Shown here one piece after another: positions 62,713 through 64,000 of a DNA stretch of 64,000 nucleotides. Origin of the DNA: Octopus vulgaris (taxonomy: Eukaryota). Each line of letters starts with the position of its first letter. Positions within the stretch are counted from its first letter, which is position 1. Made by a program: the position numbers and the translations under genes. Location of the stretch: NCBI GenBank assembly GCA_951406725.2, contig OX597828.1, forward strand, positions 40,858,001-40,922,000, written 5' to 3'. Under the pieces are notes generated by a model that worked only from the letters and a program-made list of their open reading frames with translations, was not told the DNA's origin and did not search any database.

Positions 62713-63963
62713 CAGTGGGGGGAAATAAATATTTGTATTCCATTTTCTACCATATCTTCATTTATTCAAAGATATAAAACAATCGGGAATTGTTGAAAAC
62801 AGAATAAGATCCAGTGCACCATGCAAGATTTCCCCTAGATCTTTAAGAAAAATGAAGCGAAGAATCGAAAAAACGCAATGATCACCAGAAAGGAGTTGCA
62901 GGAAGATTTGTTAGCTTCAGGGACTAGTGTTACACTACGAACAATCAGCAATGAACTTCATAGGAATGAACTGAAATCACGCTCTCCTAGAAACACTCCG
63001 CTGTTAACTAAAAGGCATAGAGATGCCCGTTTAAAATTTGTTTATGAACATAAAGATAAATCTGATACATTCTGGGAAAATGTTCTATGGACAGATGAGT
63101 CAAAAATTGAATTGTTTGGATGAACTTTTGAACAATAATTTATGGGACTATGTAGAAAAGCTCCAGCTTTGTGGAGGGTGGGTTTTACAACAGGATAACG
63201 ATCCTAAGCACACGGTGAAGTCTACCAAAAAATGGATTGTCAATCACAATATAAAATTATTAGAATGGCCAAGCCAGTCACCTGACTTGAACCCCATTGA
63301 GAATTTGTGGCATTATTTGAAAATTAAAATTCATTCATGAGCCCCAACGTGCATTACAGATTTGAAGAAAATTTGTCAAGAAGAATAGGAAAAAATTCCT
63401 AAAGAAACATGCAGGTCATTGATTAAGAACTACAAGAAGAGATTGGTTGACGTGGAACTGAATAATGGTTATGCTACGAAGTATTAAATCAGAATAATCA
63501 GTTATTTATGTTCTGTACGAATACTTTTTTCACCCCTAAATATTTATAATTGAATATATATTTCTTTACTACCCACAAGGGGCTAAACACAGAGGGGACA
63601 AACAAGGACAGACAAACGGATTAAGTCGATTACATCGATCCCAGTGCATAACTGGTACTTAATTTATCGACCCCGAAAGGATGGAAGGCAAAGTCGACCT
63701 CGACGGAATTTGAACTCAGAACGTAACGGCAGACGAAATACGGCTACGCATTTCGCCCGGCGTGCTAACGTTTCTGCCAGCTCGCCACCTTTCTTATAAT
63801 TGAATATAAATTCCTTAGTTACTATAATTTATTAGCTTCTTTTGCATATTCTTAGTTTATGCATCTGTATGCAAATATAGTATTGGTATATCCCATTCAT
63901 GTTCATTAGAAATTAAATAAATAAAGGATTTTGACGTGTACGAATATTTATTTTCCCCCACTG
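62713..63963 (+). mobile_element. Internally deleted Tc1 transposon (DD34E)
   Basis: TA TSDs; TIRs CAGTGGGGGGAAATAAATATTTGTA / TACGAATATTTATTTTCCCCCACTG; VLWTDESK, QQDNDPKH and WPSQSPDLNPIENLW with 34 residues between D and E; stops and a deletion. Confidence 0.93.
63559..63793 (-). mobile_element. Young SINE C inserted in the Tc1 3' region
   Basis: 15-bp TSD TTATAATTGAATATA at 63544 and 63794. Confidence 0.9.
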
Positions 63964-64000
63964 TAGATAGAAGACGGACAGGGAGAGAAAGAGTCAAGAG

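Overview
AT-rich, microsatellite-dense eukaryotic DNA made almost entirely of interspersed repeats. The SINE families and (TA)n/(CA)n/(ATT)n/(ATC)n load resemble an octopus (coleoid cephalopod) genome; this is an inference from pattern recall, not a database search. No host protein-coding exon could be supported, so the window is probably intronic or intergenic, and most ORF-track entries are microsatellite or SINE artefacts. Recognisable elements: two near-identical 5'-truncated Penelope-like retroelements (RT + GIY-YIG) as a 2.2-kb inverted pair (28906-31146 and 33153-35350); a Dong/R4-type RLE retrotransposon inside (AAT)n; several RTE-group LINE remnants; a deleted Tc1 (DD34E) with TIRs; a maT-like mariner fragment; hAT- and piggyBac-type MITEs; at least three tRNA-derived SINE families; minisatellites and fold-back palindromes. 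The most notable signal is a set of hammerhead ribozyme (HHR) motifs. Two non-coding units with little apparent sequence similarity (480 nt at 50410-50921, + strand; 429 nt at 7352-7795, - strand) share one architecture: short terminal direct repeat, central type I HHR, G-U-rich stems, and a 3' hairpin followed by CTATATT(A)GAT and a microsatellite. They look like retrozyme/circular-RNA-derived or solo Penelope pseudo-LTR elements. Minimal HHRs also occur in the Penelope 3' ends and in the tail of a tRNA-headed SINE-like element. All pairings were read by eye; repeat boundaries are approximate unless a TSD or TIR is quoted.
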